Shown here: positions 9,478 through 19,004 of the stretch, piece after piece
How the letters are laid out: the number at the start of each line of letters is the position of its first letter
Numbering within the stretch: position 1 is the stretch's first letter
Source: an uncultured Planctomycetia bacterium
GTDB lineage: Bacteria; Omnitrophota; Gorgyraeia; Duberdicusellales; 4484-171
DNA: 64,000 nt
NCBI GenBank assembly: GCA_964489445.1
Contig: CAZAYU010000005.1
Span: 4,799 to 68,798, forward strand
Reading direction: 5' to 3'
The notes under the pieces: generated by a model
Database searches by the model: none
Told to the model about the DNA's origin: nothing
Seen by the model: the letters and a program-made list of their open reading frames with translations, nothing else
Position numbers and translations under genes: made by a program

Positions 9478-11007
9478 TTAAGGGCTATTTCTCCTATTAC
9501 GTCTTATGCGCTGCTCTACTTTCCAGATAACAAAAAGGAAGAAGAAGAACAAAAATAAATATTTAGTGTATGAAAATTTAAATTTAGAATTAACCGGGTT
9601 AGCTGTCGACAAACAAGTAGAATTTAAAAAAATATGGGCAAAGTCATTATGGTAAAGTAGCTTCCAGCCCTTTTCCTTCCACATTATATTTTTCTTGTGA
9701 AAATAGTCATTTAGTAAGATTACAACCTTTGATTTTGCATACCTTGATACACAATCTTCTGTGGCTACCTCCCGAAATACAGAGCTAGAAGAAGGCCTTC
9801 CGGTTACCGCTGAAAAAATCTGGGCAATAAAGTTAGAGTTTGAAGAGATAATATCCATTTGTTGAGTATTCTTTCCGATAACATCTATTATCGGAGAATA
9901 ATACTCTGGGAAAAAAAGGGAATTATAACTAATAGTATCTGCACTTGCTCCTGTTAGAAAATTATAGTATGTCGAATCATCTACACAAAGCTCTCTCTGA
10001 TTTTCCTTAAAGCTGAGAGTCGAATTAAAGATAGATAGGTATCCTATAAAAAATACACATAGATAAAATGAATACTTTATGTTTTTTTTAATTAAAGCAT
10101 CACTTATTTTTAAGAAAAGCAACACCGCAATAAGTGCCAGACCAATAACTCCTTGTCCTGAAAATAAACGGTAAGGATATTTAAAAAAAATAAACACGCT
10201 ACCTGCCGTATACCCCACGCAAAGAGCATATAAAAAATTATTTTTAGTACATAGACAAAATAAGCCCACTATCCCAAATACAATAATAAAAATATTCACT
10301 ACAATAAATTTTGCTCCAATTACTTGGCTGGTATTTACCCAATCTAAATATTTAAAGCAGTGCCAAAAAAAAGGTAATGCTAAACATATCCCCAAAAAGA
10401 TAACTTTTAATGCTGAGCTTCTATACTCCTTATTCACCATGCTCAATGTTAAAAACGAACATAAAAATATCCACGGCATGCCTGCATGAGTATAAAAGGA
10501 AAGCGCCAGCAACAGCCCGGAAATAAAAATATTATTTTTTTTAATTAACATCCAGGAAAACAATCCAAAAATTATTGCTAAGCTAGCCGGAATATTTGCC
10601 GACACCGAAACATAAAAGGAAAAAAAACCGCTTAAAGCAAGAAGCGCAAAAAAAGCAAACTTAGAATTAATTATTCTTCTGGAAACATACCATAACGAGA
10701 AAAAAAATAATGGAATAATTGAAACTTCAGTAATCCTTAATGAATTAATTCCGCTAAGCCCGATTTTTTGCAAACACACTAAAATAAAATGATAAACAGG
10801 TGGATACATGTGCGGTCTACCCGCCGGAGCAAATGACCACCAATCCCATCCTACCCAACCACCAGATTCGATGAATGCATTAGCAACAGATAAATGGTAG
10901 TAAGCATCAATAAACTGAGGAAGGTAACTAAAACGCATTATCGAAAACAGGGAGAATAAAAGCATCAGCCATAGGCTAGATAGATCGAAATATCGGTCTT
11001 TATTCAT
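9478..11007 (-). CDS. Polytopic membrane protein, GT-C glycosyltransferase-like
   Basis: DAYYHL, APAGRPHMYPPVYH first-loop motif, about 12 TM segments, C-terminal extracytoplasmic domain. Confidence 0.65.
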   Translation of the reverse strand: MNKDRYFDLSSLWLMLLFSLFSIMRFSYLPQFIDAYYHLSVANAFIESGGWVGWDWWSFAPAGRPHMYPPVYHFILVCLQKIGLSGINSLRITEVSIIPLFFFSLWYVSRRIINSKFAFFALLALSGFFSFYVSVSANIPASLAIIFGLFSWMLIKKNNIFISGLLLALSFYTHAGMPWIFLCSFLTLSMVNKEYRSSALKVIFLGICLALPFFWHCFKYLDWVNTSQVIGAKFIVVNIFIIVFGIVGLFCLCTKNNFLYALCVGYTAGSVFIFFKYPYRLFSGQGVIGLALIAVLLFLKISDALIKKNIKYSFYLCVFFIGYLSIFNSTLSFKENQRELCVDDSTYYNFLTGASADTISYNSLFFPEYYSPIIDVIGKNTQQMDIISSNSNFIAQIFSAVTGRPSSSSVFREVATEDCVSRYAKSKVVILLNDYFHKKNIMWKEKGWKLLYHNDFAHIFLNSTCLSTANPVNSKFKFSYTKYLFLFFFFLFVIWKVEQRIRRNRRNSP

Positions 11008-11149
11008 TAATGCACTGGGTTTTAAATTGTTTGTTGTAATCTATACTATTTATCATTATACCTTATTGCAAACAACAATGGAACACTGCCTAGGAATAGA
11101 TAGAAGCCACGAAATAATGAAAATTAGAATGGATATCTAAAAAAGATAA

Positions 11150-11177
11150 TTGACAGCAGCTTTAACAAGCTTAAAAT
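11150..11177 (+). promoter_or_regulatory. Sigma70 promoter giving a probable leaderless amrS mRNA
   Basis: TTGACA, 16 nt, TAAAAT, 7 nt before the ATG at 11185; no SD. Confidence 0.6.
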
Positions 11178-11184
11178 ATAACCA

Positions 11185-12294
11185 ATGGATAAAAAAATAA
11201 CCACACGCATTGTTTTGTTACTCATCATTAATATTTTTGCCGCAAACTACCTTTACTCATTTGGTCAGCAGAAAAATCAATCTACATCGCAAAAAGCCCT
11301 ACATTGGGAAATATTGGATGATTCGTCTATCCAGTGCACCCTCTGCCCCAGACGTTGTATCATGAACAAGGGGCAAAAAGGATTTTGCCGAGCCAGAAAA
11401 AACGCTGACGGAACGCTTGTGCTGCTAACTTACGCTAAGCCAGTAGCCACACATATTGACCCAATTGAAAAAAAACCGTTATTCCATGTTTTACCAGGAA
11501 CTAAATCCTTTTCAATAGCCACGGCTGGTTGCAATTTAAGATGTAAATTCTGCCAAAATTGGGAGATTTCACAGCTTGATCCAGAAAAAGTAAATATAGC
11601 TTCAGTTTCCCCGCAGGAAATTGTAGATCGCGCGAAAAAAAGTAACACTAAAACAATTGCGTTTACCTATACCGAGCCAACAATATTCTATGAATATATG
11701 TTGGACATCGCAAAGTTAGCAACCACGCAAAAAATTAAGTGTGTAATGCACTCTGCTGGATACATTAACCCTGAGCCATTACGTCAAATCGCTAAGTATT
11801 TGACCGCCTGTAATATTGACCTTAAAGGGTTTAGCGAAGAATATTACGCTCGTTATTGCCAAGGTAGTTTAGCACCTGTATTAAACACCCTGAAGATACT
11901 TAAGGAAGAAAATGTTTGGATAGAAATAACTAACTTAATCGTTCCAGGAGGAAATGATAGTGATAAAAATATAACAGAACTTTGTGAATGGATCAAACAG
12001 AACCTTGGAGTAGATACTCCAATTCACTTTTCGCGATTCTTTCCTATGTACAGGTTAACCAATCTCTCTCCTACCCCTTTAACCAGCCTAACTCGGGCGC
12101 GAGACATTGCCCAAAAAGTCGGATTAAATTTTGTCTATATCGGAAATACTCCAATGCATATCGGTGAAAACACAAGCTGCCCACAATGCAATAAATTGCT
12201 CATAAAACGATTAGGATACACTGTTTTAGAGAATAACATAAAAGAAGGCCGATGCCCATATTGTAATTATAAAATCGCCGGAATCTGGGAATAA
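11185..12294 (+). CDS. amrS: AmmeMemoRadiSam system radical SAM enzyme
   Basis: CTLCPRRC, DPIEKKPLFH, GCNLRCKFCQNWEISQ (CxxxCxxC), YTEPT, C-terminal CPQC/CPYC. Confidence 0.95.
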   Translation: MDKKITTRIVLLLIINIFAANYLYSFGQQKNQSTSQKALHWEILDDSSIQCTLCPRRCIMNKGQKGFCRARKNADGTLVLLTYAKPVATHIDPIEKKPLFHVLPGTKSFSIATAGCNLRCKFCQNWEISQLDPEKVNIASVSPQEIVDRAKKSNTKTIAFTYTEPTIFYEYMLDIAKLATTQKIKCVMHSAGYINPEPLRQIAKYLTACNIDLKGFSEEYYARYCQGSLAPVLNTLKILKEENVWIEITNLIVPGGNDSDKNITELCEWIKQNLGVDTPIHFSRFFPMYRLTNLSPTPLTSLTRARDIAQKVGLNFVYIGNTPMHIGENTSCPQCNKLLIKRLGYTVLENNIKEGRCPYCNYKIAGIWE

Positions 12295-12343
12295 ATCTAC
12301 CTGTTATCGAGCTGCTTGAGGAATCATAATCTTGCACCACAGA

Positions 12344-14476
12344 CTACTTATCCGTCAATACCACTGCTGTGAATAACAAAATTAAAATCAAAAGCATAAT
12401 TAAACTATTGCAGAGACCAAAAAACGGAATAAGCAGGGCAGAGAAAAAAATTGTTCCCAAGAAAGCTCCTCCGGCATCAGCTGCATATAAAGATGCTGCT
12501 ACAGTTTCTGTTTTGAAATTTCTTCTTATGGCTAATTGTATAAATAGCGGATAGGACGCTCCGGTAAGCGCTCCAGACAGAAACGAATAAGTATAAAAAA
12601 TAAAGTCATAATGAAAGAACTCCTGGAAAAACTTTACGAAAAAAAATAAGCTAGCAGCTAACGCCACCCAGGCCAAATAAAAATATACCTGGTTTTTACT
12701 CTTTACCCAAAACTTATTAGCCGGCAAATTAAACCCCCAGGAACCAGAACCCAGACCCAACATGAATAATCCAATTAACACACCCGCCTTCTGAAAAAGA
12801 GCTCCGGAGTAAAGTTGAAAAAGAATAAAAATAATCGAGCTTAAACCGATAGACATAAACCCCACGAAACTCATTCTACAGATAATTTCTCGTTTTTTTC
12901 CCGAAAAGTTTAAAAGAAAAGCGAAAGATCCCCCTATTACGAAAATCACAATTATTATTGTTTTTATCTGTCGAATATTAATTCTTAAATCCGGATAAAA
13001 TTTTGCTTGCTCTAACAACGAATAATATAAAAACCCCCGGAAATAAAAATCACGATTTATAGCAATTTCTTTATTAATCATTCCCTCAAAATAAACACGT
13101 CGAGAAGGATCAAGAAGATCTTTCAGATGATAGACAGTAAAATAATCAGTAGTAGTGCCAGAACGAATAAAATTTTCCACTAGATAATCTCTTGATAAAG
13201 CTTTTACGTTGTTAGCAATAACTATCATGGAATCTAGGGGCACCAAAAGCCTATATTTAAAAACTTCATCCAGAGTATTTACTATGCAAGAATCAAATTT
13301 CAAAATTCGCGGACCCAAGATATCTCTCTTTGCCGGAATATGAAAGCTAAAAAAGCCTTCAGCTGTTAGAATTTTTTTAACGAGTTCAAAAAATTCTAAG
13401 GAGAAATAACGGTTAAAGGCAAGACTAGAGGGAGGTGGCATATTCATAACTATAAAGTCGTATTTTTTATTTACATTCTTTATGTATTGCCGAGGATCAT
13501 CAACAAGAAATGTAACTCTTGAGTCATCATTCTTGTAGAGCTTTCCTTTGCCTATGGATAAAAACGCTGGATTTATATCTAGACAATCAAGGGTAGATAT
13601 TTTATACTTTAGGATTTCTTCAATCTGTCCACCATAGTAAGGACCGATGAACAAAACATTCTTTATTACAGCAGAAGCTGCAAAAGATGTGTGGATGAAC
13701 TCTTCATTCCAGACATTGTCTTCACTGGAAGATACTAACGAGCCATTAACATATAAGGATTCAGTACCATATTTTTTGGCTAAAATAACCGGCCCGTATT
13801 CTGAGCCAATATTTTTAAGAATATCTGCACTCTGAAATTCTATCTTCGATACAATACGAAAGCTTAGAACAGAAACAATACCGAGTGCAATTAGCACAAA
13901 AACCGGCAATATTTTCTTTGTTTTCCTTAAATCCGAGGTTAAAAAAAGCAAGAGAGGCAAAAAAGTAAAAATAAATGGATTACAGTATCGGGAAAGAAAA
14001 AAAGTAAAAATAACTCCTCCGATAAAAAACCCAGTTGCCTCATAAATAAAAAAATTGGTAAAAATCTTAGGCGTATCAGTAATCTTATTTGAATAACTAC
14101 GACTAATTATACAAAACAAGAAACCAGATAAAAACCCTAGGCCTCCAATAAGTAGTAACGCACTAAAAAGAACAAAGGCCAAACTAGATGCTTCGTAATA
14201 ACTTAGTCCTACTAATGTTTTCCCTAAATGAATCCCAACAACAGAAAAACAAAAAACACCCGCCCAAGCAATCGGCAAAAAACCAGATAATAAAACAGAC
14301 TTTTTCCTGGCAAAGATGCTCCCGAGAAAGCAGAAAGCAAGCCAAATTCCCGCTCCAGCAATGAACGAAAACTCATTTTTGGCGATAGAAAAAGTAAATT
14401 CTCGTAATACTACTAACTGAAATATTGAGCTTACCAGCCCTATAATAAAAAAGATAGACATAGACTTTTTTTGCAC
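12344..14476 (-). CDS. Membrane protein with a central spermidine-synthase-like (SAM-binding fold) domain
   Basis: N- and C-terminal TM blocks (QLVVLREF, LYAADAGGA) flank a VLFIG..DINP..DPRQYI..YDFIV..FSLEFF domain. Confidence 0.8.
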   Translation of the reverse strand: MQKKSMSIFFIIGLVSSIFQLVVLREFTFSIAKNEFSFIAGAGIWLAFCFLGSIFARKKSVLLSGFLPIAWAGVFCFSVVGIHLGKTLVGLSYYEASSLAFVLFSALLLIGGLGFLSGFLFCIISRSYSNKITDTPKIFTNFFIYEATGFFIGGVIFTFFLSRYCNPFIFTFLPLLLFLTSDLRKTKKILPVFVLIALGIVSVLSFRIVSKIEFQSADILKNIGSEYGPVILAKKYGTESLYVNGSLVSSSEDNVWNEEFIHTSFAASAVIKNVLFIGPYYGGQIEEILKYKISTLDCLDINPAFLSIGKGKLYKNDDSRVTFLVDDPRQYIKNVNKKYDFIVMNMPPPSSLAFNRYFSLEFFELVKKILTAEGFFSFHIPAKRDILGPRILKFDSCIVNTLDEVFKYRLLVPLDSMIVIANNVKALSRDYLVENFIRSGTTTDYFTVYHLKDLLDPSRRVYFEGMINKEIAINRDFYFRGFLYYSLLEQAKFYPDLRINIRQIKTIIIVIFVIGGSFAFLLNFSGKKREIICRMSFVGFMSIGLSSIIFILFQLYSGALFQKAGVLIGLFMLGLGSGSWGFNLPANKFWVKSKNQVYFYLAWVALAASLFFFVKFFQEFFHYDFIFYTYSFLSGALTGASYPLFIQLAIRRNFKTETVAASLYAADAGGAFLGTIFFSALLIPFFGLCNSLIMLLILILLFTAVVLTDK

Positions 14477-14502
14477 TTGTTTTATACTATTTTATAGTAA
14501 AA

Positions 14503-15150
14503 ATGAAAGAAAATCTATATTATTTATTTGTAAGTGGACTAGTAATGGGAGCAGGGCCCTGTCTTTGCTTATGCGGTCCGTTATTGATAAGCCAAGCGAT
14601 TATCCACGAATCATCCTTACGAAAATCAGTTTTTTCTTATCTTGTTTTTTCCGGATGTAAAATACTTGGCTATTTAATACTATCAATAATCTGCTTCGCC
14701 GGATTCACCACTCTAAATAATATTTTCACCGAAAAGTATTCTCGATTAGTCTACTTAATTATGGGAATCTTTATCTTTCTTACTGGCACAACAGCTTTTA
14801 TCTATTCAAAAAATAAAATTGGAAAATCTTGCCAATGGTTTAGTAAAGGAAGCATCCGAAATCTTGGCATTTTAGGCATACTAGTCGGAATCGCCCCTTG
14901 TTTACCGCTTTTGGGTATTTTAAATTACATACTGCTTGTGTCAGAAACGCTCAGCAGAATGCTCGTATTATCATTTATTTTTGGTTTAGGAACAGTTATC
15001 TCCCCTTTATTTATCATTATTATTGTTGCCGGAAAATTATCTGAGAAAATGACAAAAAATAAAAAAATTCAAACAATAATTAATGTACTTTCTGGAATAA
15101 TTTTACTTATTTTGGGAGGGAAAATTATTCTCCAAACACTAAAGCCGTGA
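14503..15150 (+). CDS. DsbD_2/TauE-like membrane protein with paired Cys motifs
   Basis: GPCLCLCGP and GIAPCLP motifs, about 6 TM, FGLGT. Confidence 0.8.
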   Translation: MKENLYYLFVSGLVMGAGPCLCLCGPLLISQAIIHESSLRKSVFSYLVFSGCKILGYLILSIICFAGFTTLNNIFTEKYSRLVYLIMGIFIFLTGTTAFIYSKNKIGKSCQWFSKGSIRNLGILGILVGIAPCLPLLGILNYILLVSETLSRMLVLSFIFGLGTVISPLFIIIIVAGKLSEKMTKNKKIQTIINVLSGIILLILGGKIILQTLKP

Positions 15151-16579
15151 ATGTATATGCTTGACAGCTACCATCTTTCCATGAGTCTTCAGAAATTCCT
15201 GCCTTATGTGCGCAGAGGCTATTCAAGAACTCTTCTTTGCTCCAGCCAGTTTCATCGGCCACCTGCGGTAAATACACTCCGCTATGATAACCTTTTTTAA
15301 CTAAAACTCCGTGTTTGCCTAAAATTATCTCTGAGAAATCGTTAACTTTTTGCAACTGAGAAAGAACAGAAATCTCTATATGGATTTTATCCAATTCGTC
15401 TTTCTCTAACGGTAAAAAGCGCGTATCCGCAGTTGCTGCAGCAATTGCCATTTCCTGCACTCCTTCATAAAGCGGTAGCTGACCAACAATATTACCGATA
15501 CACCCTCTAAGACGTCCATTATTACGCAGAGTTACAAAAACACCCAGCACTTCGCTTAATTTTAAATCGTCCGGTTTTCGAGTTAAAGTTTCTCCTTTCT
15601 TTAAATAAAGTGTAATAGTGTCCCGGACTAATTTTAATAGCTGCTGCTTTTGGTTCGCAGATAGCAATTCATCACTTGTTGCTTCTTTAGCCGTCACTCT
15701 TTCTTTCACAAACACAGCGCTTAGGTAACCAACCACTTTCTCATTAATAATTCCTGTTCTTGCTGATGTAGACATTTTCAAGATATCTATCTTGTTAGCA
15801 CCTAGTTTTTTCGACAACATCATTACCGAGGCAACCGCCCCAGGTCCACACATCAAATTTCTATCCATGCAACTATCTAAAAGCAGTTGATAATCCATAG
15901 CCTTCATCATTTGTGCAGTTTGACGGTCAACATCTATTGCCTCGAACAAAGGAAGGTAGTGACTCAAATCAGTGCTGGCAACAATTAGCACGTTCTCTTT
16001 TTTATCTAAAACTGAATAAAGCCCTTCAGAAACAATCTGACAATTGTTTGCACTTTGTTTTCCAATTGCCAACAACAAAACCTTAGGATTACCAAGGGCA
16101 ACCTGGATAAACGGTAAAATCAATTCAACAGAATTTTCTTGATTAAACGCCTCAGGATGGATAATAAACTTTTTGTTTTTGGCAACTAGTTTCTTCACTA
16201 AGAGCTCATCAGAGTAAAGAGCCCCTAATGGTGTTTCAAAACCTTTTCTGGCAAAAACAGCTATCCCATCATAATCTAAACGATGGCTAAAACCCACCAC
16301 AACCACAGTATCTATTTTTTTTCCTTTAAGTGCCTTAAACGCGTAAGCAGCCGTATCTCCAGATGCGCTAACACCGGCATGCGGACAAATCACTGAAACA
16401 ACATCATCCTGGATAGGCAAGACATCAGCGTTATCCAGATAATCATTTATCTGCTGTCTTAGCAATCTTGGATCGTCGGAATACCAACTCCCGCTTAAAT
16501 CAGACTTTTTCATTTCTTGCGTAAAGCCACTGTTTACCATTATTAACAATAAAAAGCATAAAAAAATAACACGGCACAT
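15125..16579 (-). CDS. amrB: AmmeMemoRadiSam protein B (Memo) - protein A (AMMECR1) fusion
   Basis: GSWY, PHAG..SG, ENSVE, ASTDLSHY, MCG, VVGY (Memo); GVFVTL...LRGCIG, EISVLS, YLPQV, KAG (AMMECR1). Confidence 0.93.
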   Translation of the reverse strand: MCRVIFLCFLLLIMVNSGFTQEMKKSDLSGSWYSDDPRLLRQQINDYLDNADVLPIQDDVVSVICPHAGVSASGDTAAYAFKALKGKKIDTVVVVGFSHRLDYDGIAVFARKGFETPLGALYSDELLVKKLVAKNKKFIIHPEAFNQENSVELILPFIQVALGNPKVLLLAIGKQSANNCQIVSEGLYSVLDKKENVLIVASTDLSHYLPLFEAIDVDRQTAQMMKAMDYQLLLDSCMDRNLMCGPGAVASVMMLSKKLGANKIDILKMSTSARTGIINEKVVGYLSAVFVKERVTAKEATSDELLSANQKQQLLKLVRDTITLYLKKGETLTRKPDDLKLSEVLGVFVTLRNNGRLRGCIGNIVGQLPLYEGVQEMAIAAATADTRFLPLEKDELDKIHIEISVLSQLQKVNDFSEIILGKHGVLVKKGYHSGVYLPQVADETGWSKEEFLNSLCAHKAGISEDSWKDGSCQAYTFTALVFGE

Positions 16580-16586
16580 GAGCTTG

Positions 16587-16844
16587 CTAGCTAAAGAAGA
16601 TACTTTCCCCTCTTCTTATGTCATCCTTGGCCAAATATTTAACCGAAATATTTGCCTTATCTCCCTTTATCACCTTTTTTACTTTCACACCCTCTTTTTC
16701 AATTTTTACAACTGTAAAACGTTTACCTCTAGCAGTTACTCCGATTTCACCCTCCCTAACTTCTCCGGACTCAACATCACCAATTAATACAGACCCAGAT
16801 TCTCCCGCGATATAGATTTCCCTAATATTTACTTCAGCGCTCAT
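16587..16844 (-). CDS. Stand-alone EF-Tu/EF-1A domain II-like beta-barrel protein
   Basis: GSVLIGDVESGEVREGE...KIE...GDKANISVK...DIRRG matches the EF-Tu domain 2 pattern (GTVvtGrVesG...siE...GDNvg...dirRG). AGGAGG RBS. Confidence 0.7.
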   Translation of the reverse strand: MSAEVNIREIYIAGESGSVLIGDVESGEVREGEIGVTARGKRFTVVKIEKEGVKVKKVIKGDKANISVKYLAKDDIRRGESIFFS

Positions 16845-16894
16845 ATTCCCTCCTTTATACCTAAAGATTTAAATCCTTTTTGTTGCATGTTACA

Positions 16895-17905
16895 TTAACA
16901 GCGTCTAAGGCCTAGGTCTATTATCTTTTGTATTAATTTATCGTAAGGGATATCACCTTTTTCTGCCGCTTGCCCTACTTCATCATACTGGTCCAAGCAC
17001 GGATTAGCATTCGCCTCAATGATGTATATTTTCGCATTACTGCCAACTCGTATATCAAAACGAGCATAGCACTCCATATTTAAAGCTCGGTAAGCGCGCT
17101 TACAAACATCTTTAATCTGTTCTCCTAGACCATTAGGAAGACGTCCGGCATAAACATTTTTAATCCCCCACTTTTGTCGATAATCATAGTCCCATTTTGC
17201 TTTATACGTAACAATTCGTGGCTCATCTTCACAAAACTTACCAAACTTCATCTCCGTAAACGGTAAAACTTTAACTCGTTTGTTACCAATCACGCTCACG
17301 TAAAGTTCTCGGCCTTCAATATATTCTTCAACAATCGCGTCACTCTTCATACTTTCATGGATGAACTTGACTCTTTCAATGAGCGCATCTTGATTGTCAA
17401 TAATCGAAGCCTGTGATATCCCTCGGGAAGCTTCTTCTGATATGGGTTTAACAACCAAAGGAAGTCGCAATCGTTTAGGGAGCCAAATTTTTCGATTACG
17501 ACAAAAAGTATAAAATCGGGGAACTTTTATTCGATGAAAACTTAAAATTTTCTTAGTTAACGCCTTATCTCCGCAAATAAACAAACTCATTGACGAAGCT
17601 CCAGTGTATGGAATACCTAGCAATTCTAGAACGCCAGCAATATTTTTATCATAAAAAGTTTTCTGTTTGAAAACATCAGCAAGATTAAAAATAATATCCG
17701 GCTTACTCTCACGAACTTCTTCCAATAAAATACCAATATCATTAAATAGCCCCAGCAATCTTACTTCGTGGCCATTTTTCAGTAGCGCCTTATGCACATC
17801 AGACTCCGTACCCCAATTAAGATCGGTAAATTCTTCCTTGTAATTGTAACCACGCGGCTTTGGATAAGGAGAATCAAATAATAAGAGTACTTTTATCTTT
17901 TTCAT
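16895..17905 (-). CDS. ATP-grasp ligase, D-Ala-D-Ala ligase-like
   Basis: IPYTG, DKALTK, PLVVKP..E.ASRGI, EEYIEGRE, YARFDIR, EANANP. Confidence 0.9.
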   Translation of the reverse strand: MKKIKVLLLFDSPYPKPRGYNYKEEFTDLNWGTESDVHKALLKNGHEVRLLGLFNDIGILLEEVRESKPDIIFNLADVFKQKTFYDKNIAGVLELLGIPYTGASSMSLFICGDKALTKKILSFHRIKVPRFYTFCRNRKIWLPKRLRLPLVVKPISEEASRGISQASIIDNQDALIERVKFIHESMKSDAIVEEYIEGRELYVSVIGNKRVKVLPFTEMKFGKFCEDEPRIVTYKAKWDYDYRQKWGIKNVYAGRLPNGLGEQIKDVCKRAYRALNMECYARFDIRVGSNAKIYIIEANANPCLDQYDEVGQAAEKGDIPYDKLIQKIIDLGLRRC

Positions 17906-18948
17906 TTTCCCTTACTAAACCACCCAGTATGTAAGTAATTCATCACCAAAGTCGTAACATATGCGGAAATTTCCAACATTACTAACGCCTCATCTTTTTC
18001 GCTTCCCAAAGAAAGCGCTTTGGAGCGACGAATAATATTATCCAGCAAATCGCTAATAGTATATTTTTTTTCTCCAGTCCACTTAGCGATATTATTTAAA
18101 ATATCTTTTTTTCGGCGCTTTAAAATGTCAGCTGCTAAATTCTTGCCTTTATCCTTGTCAGACAAACTTTTTTCCTCTAGAGGGGAAAATATTCTTTTTA
18201 AGTTAGAATCATGAAAATCAGGAAACTCCTCCGCATAAGAACGACGTTTTTTCTTGTAGAAATTATTAAGTGTAGCCTTAATCTGTGACGCCTGCCAGTA
18301 TTTTTTTCCTTTACTTACCATCGGCGGCTTTATTTTTATCTCCTGCATCAATTCATCCACATATTTTAGTTTGTCTATTGCTTTCCAGCCTCGATATTGT
18401 TTTTCCCAATTTAGGCCTGGCGTAAGCCAAACCGAAAATGTTTCGGCAAAGTCTTCATCCGGATGGTATTGTGCGTAATAATCCTCCAAATGTCTGACAA
18501 AGCTTTTGCTGTAAGGCCGAAAGCGATAAGTGTCCTCATATTCCTTCGAAAATTCACCAAAAACACTTTTCCACTTTTTTCTTCGGTAAAATTTGTAGGC
18601 ATAATTTAAAGCGTGCCCAGCTTCATGCCTTAATAGCTTCATGCACCAGGAACGCGTTCCTCCTTCCACTTCCAAAATCATTTTTCTTTCTAATTTCATG
18701 AGCGTCGGGTCAGATAAAAAAAAAGCAATCCCCACAACCGGTTCTTTATCTGGAGTTAGCCACTCATCAGCTAAATAGCACTCTGGTTTAAAATTAATTC
18801 CTTTGCTTTCTAGGTTGTTATACAATTCTTCTACACAGCTTTTTAGCCAACTGCCTTCTATCGATAGCGGTAAATCACAAACTCGTAAGTTCATCAATTC
18901 TTCTTCGGAAAGCTTCGCTAAATCAATTTTTTCCTTAGTTTTAACCAT
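17902..18948 (-). CDS. Putative zinc-binding metallopeptidase
   Basis: LRHEAGH (HExxH) and YAQYHPDEDFAETF; ATGA-coupled to the ATP-grasp gene. Confidence 0.85.
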   Translation of the reverse strand: MVKTKEKIDLAKLSEEELMNLRVCDLPLSIEGSWLKSCVEELYNNLESKGINFKPECYLADEWLTPDKEPVVGIAFFLSDPTLMKLERKMILEVEGGTRSWCMKLLRHEAGHALNYAYKFYRRKKWKSVFGEFSKEYEDTYRFRPYSKSFVRHLEDYYAQYHPDEDFAETFSVWLTPGLNWEKQYRGWKAIDKLKYVDELMQEIKIKPPMVSKGKKYWQASQIKATLNNFYKKKRRSYAEEFPDFHDSNLKRIFSPLEEKSLSDKDKGKNLAADILKRRKKDILNNIAKWTGEKKYTISDLLDNIIRRSKALSLGSEKDEALVMLEISAYVTTLVMNYLHTGWFSKGK

Positions 18949-19004
18949 TCTGTTGACTGTTTACAAACAATTTTTTATTTTTCCCGGAATAGTAATACGG
19001 AAAT

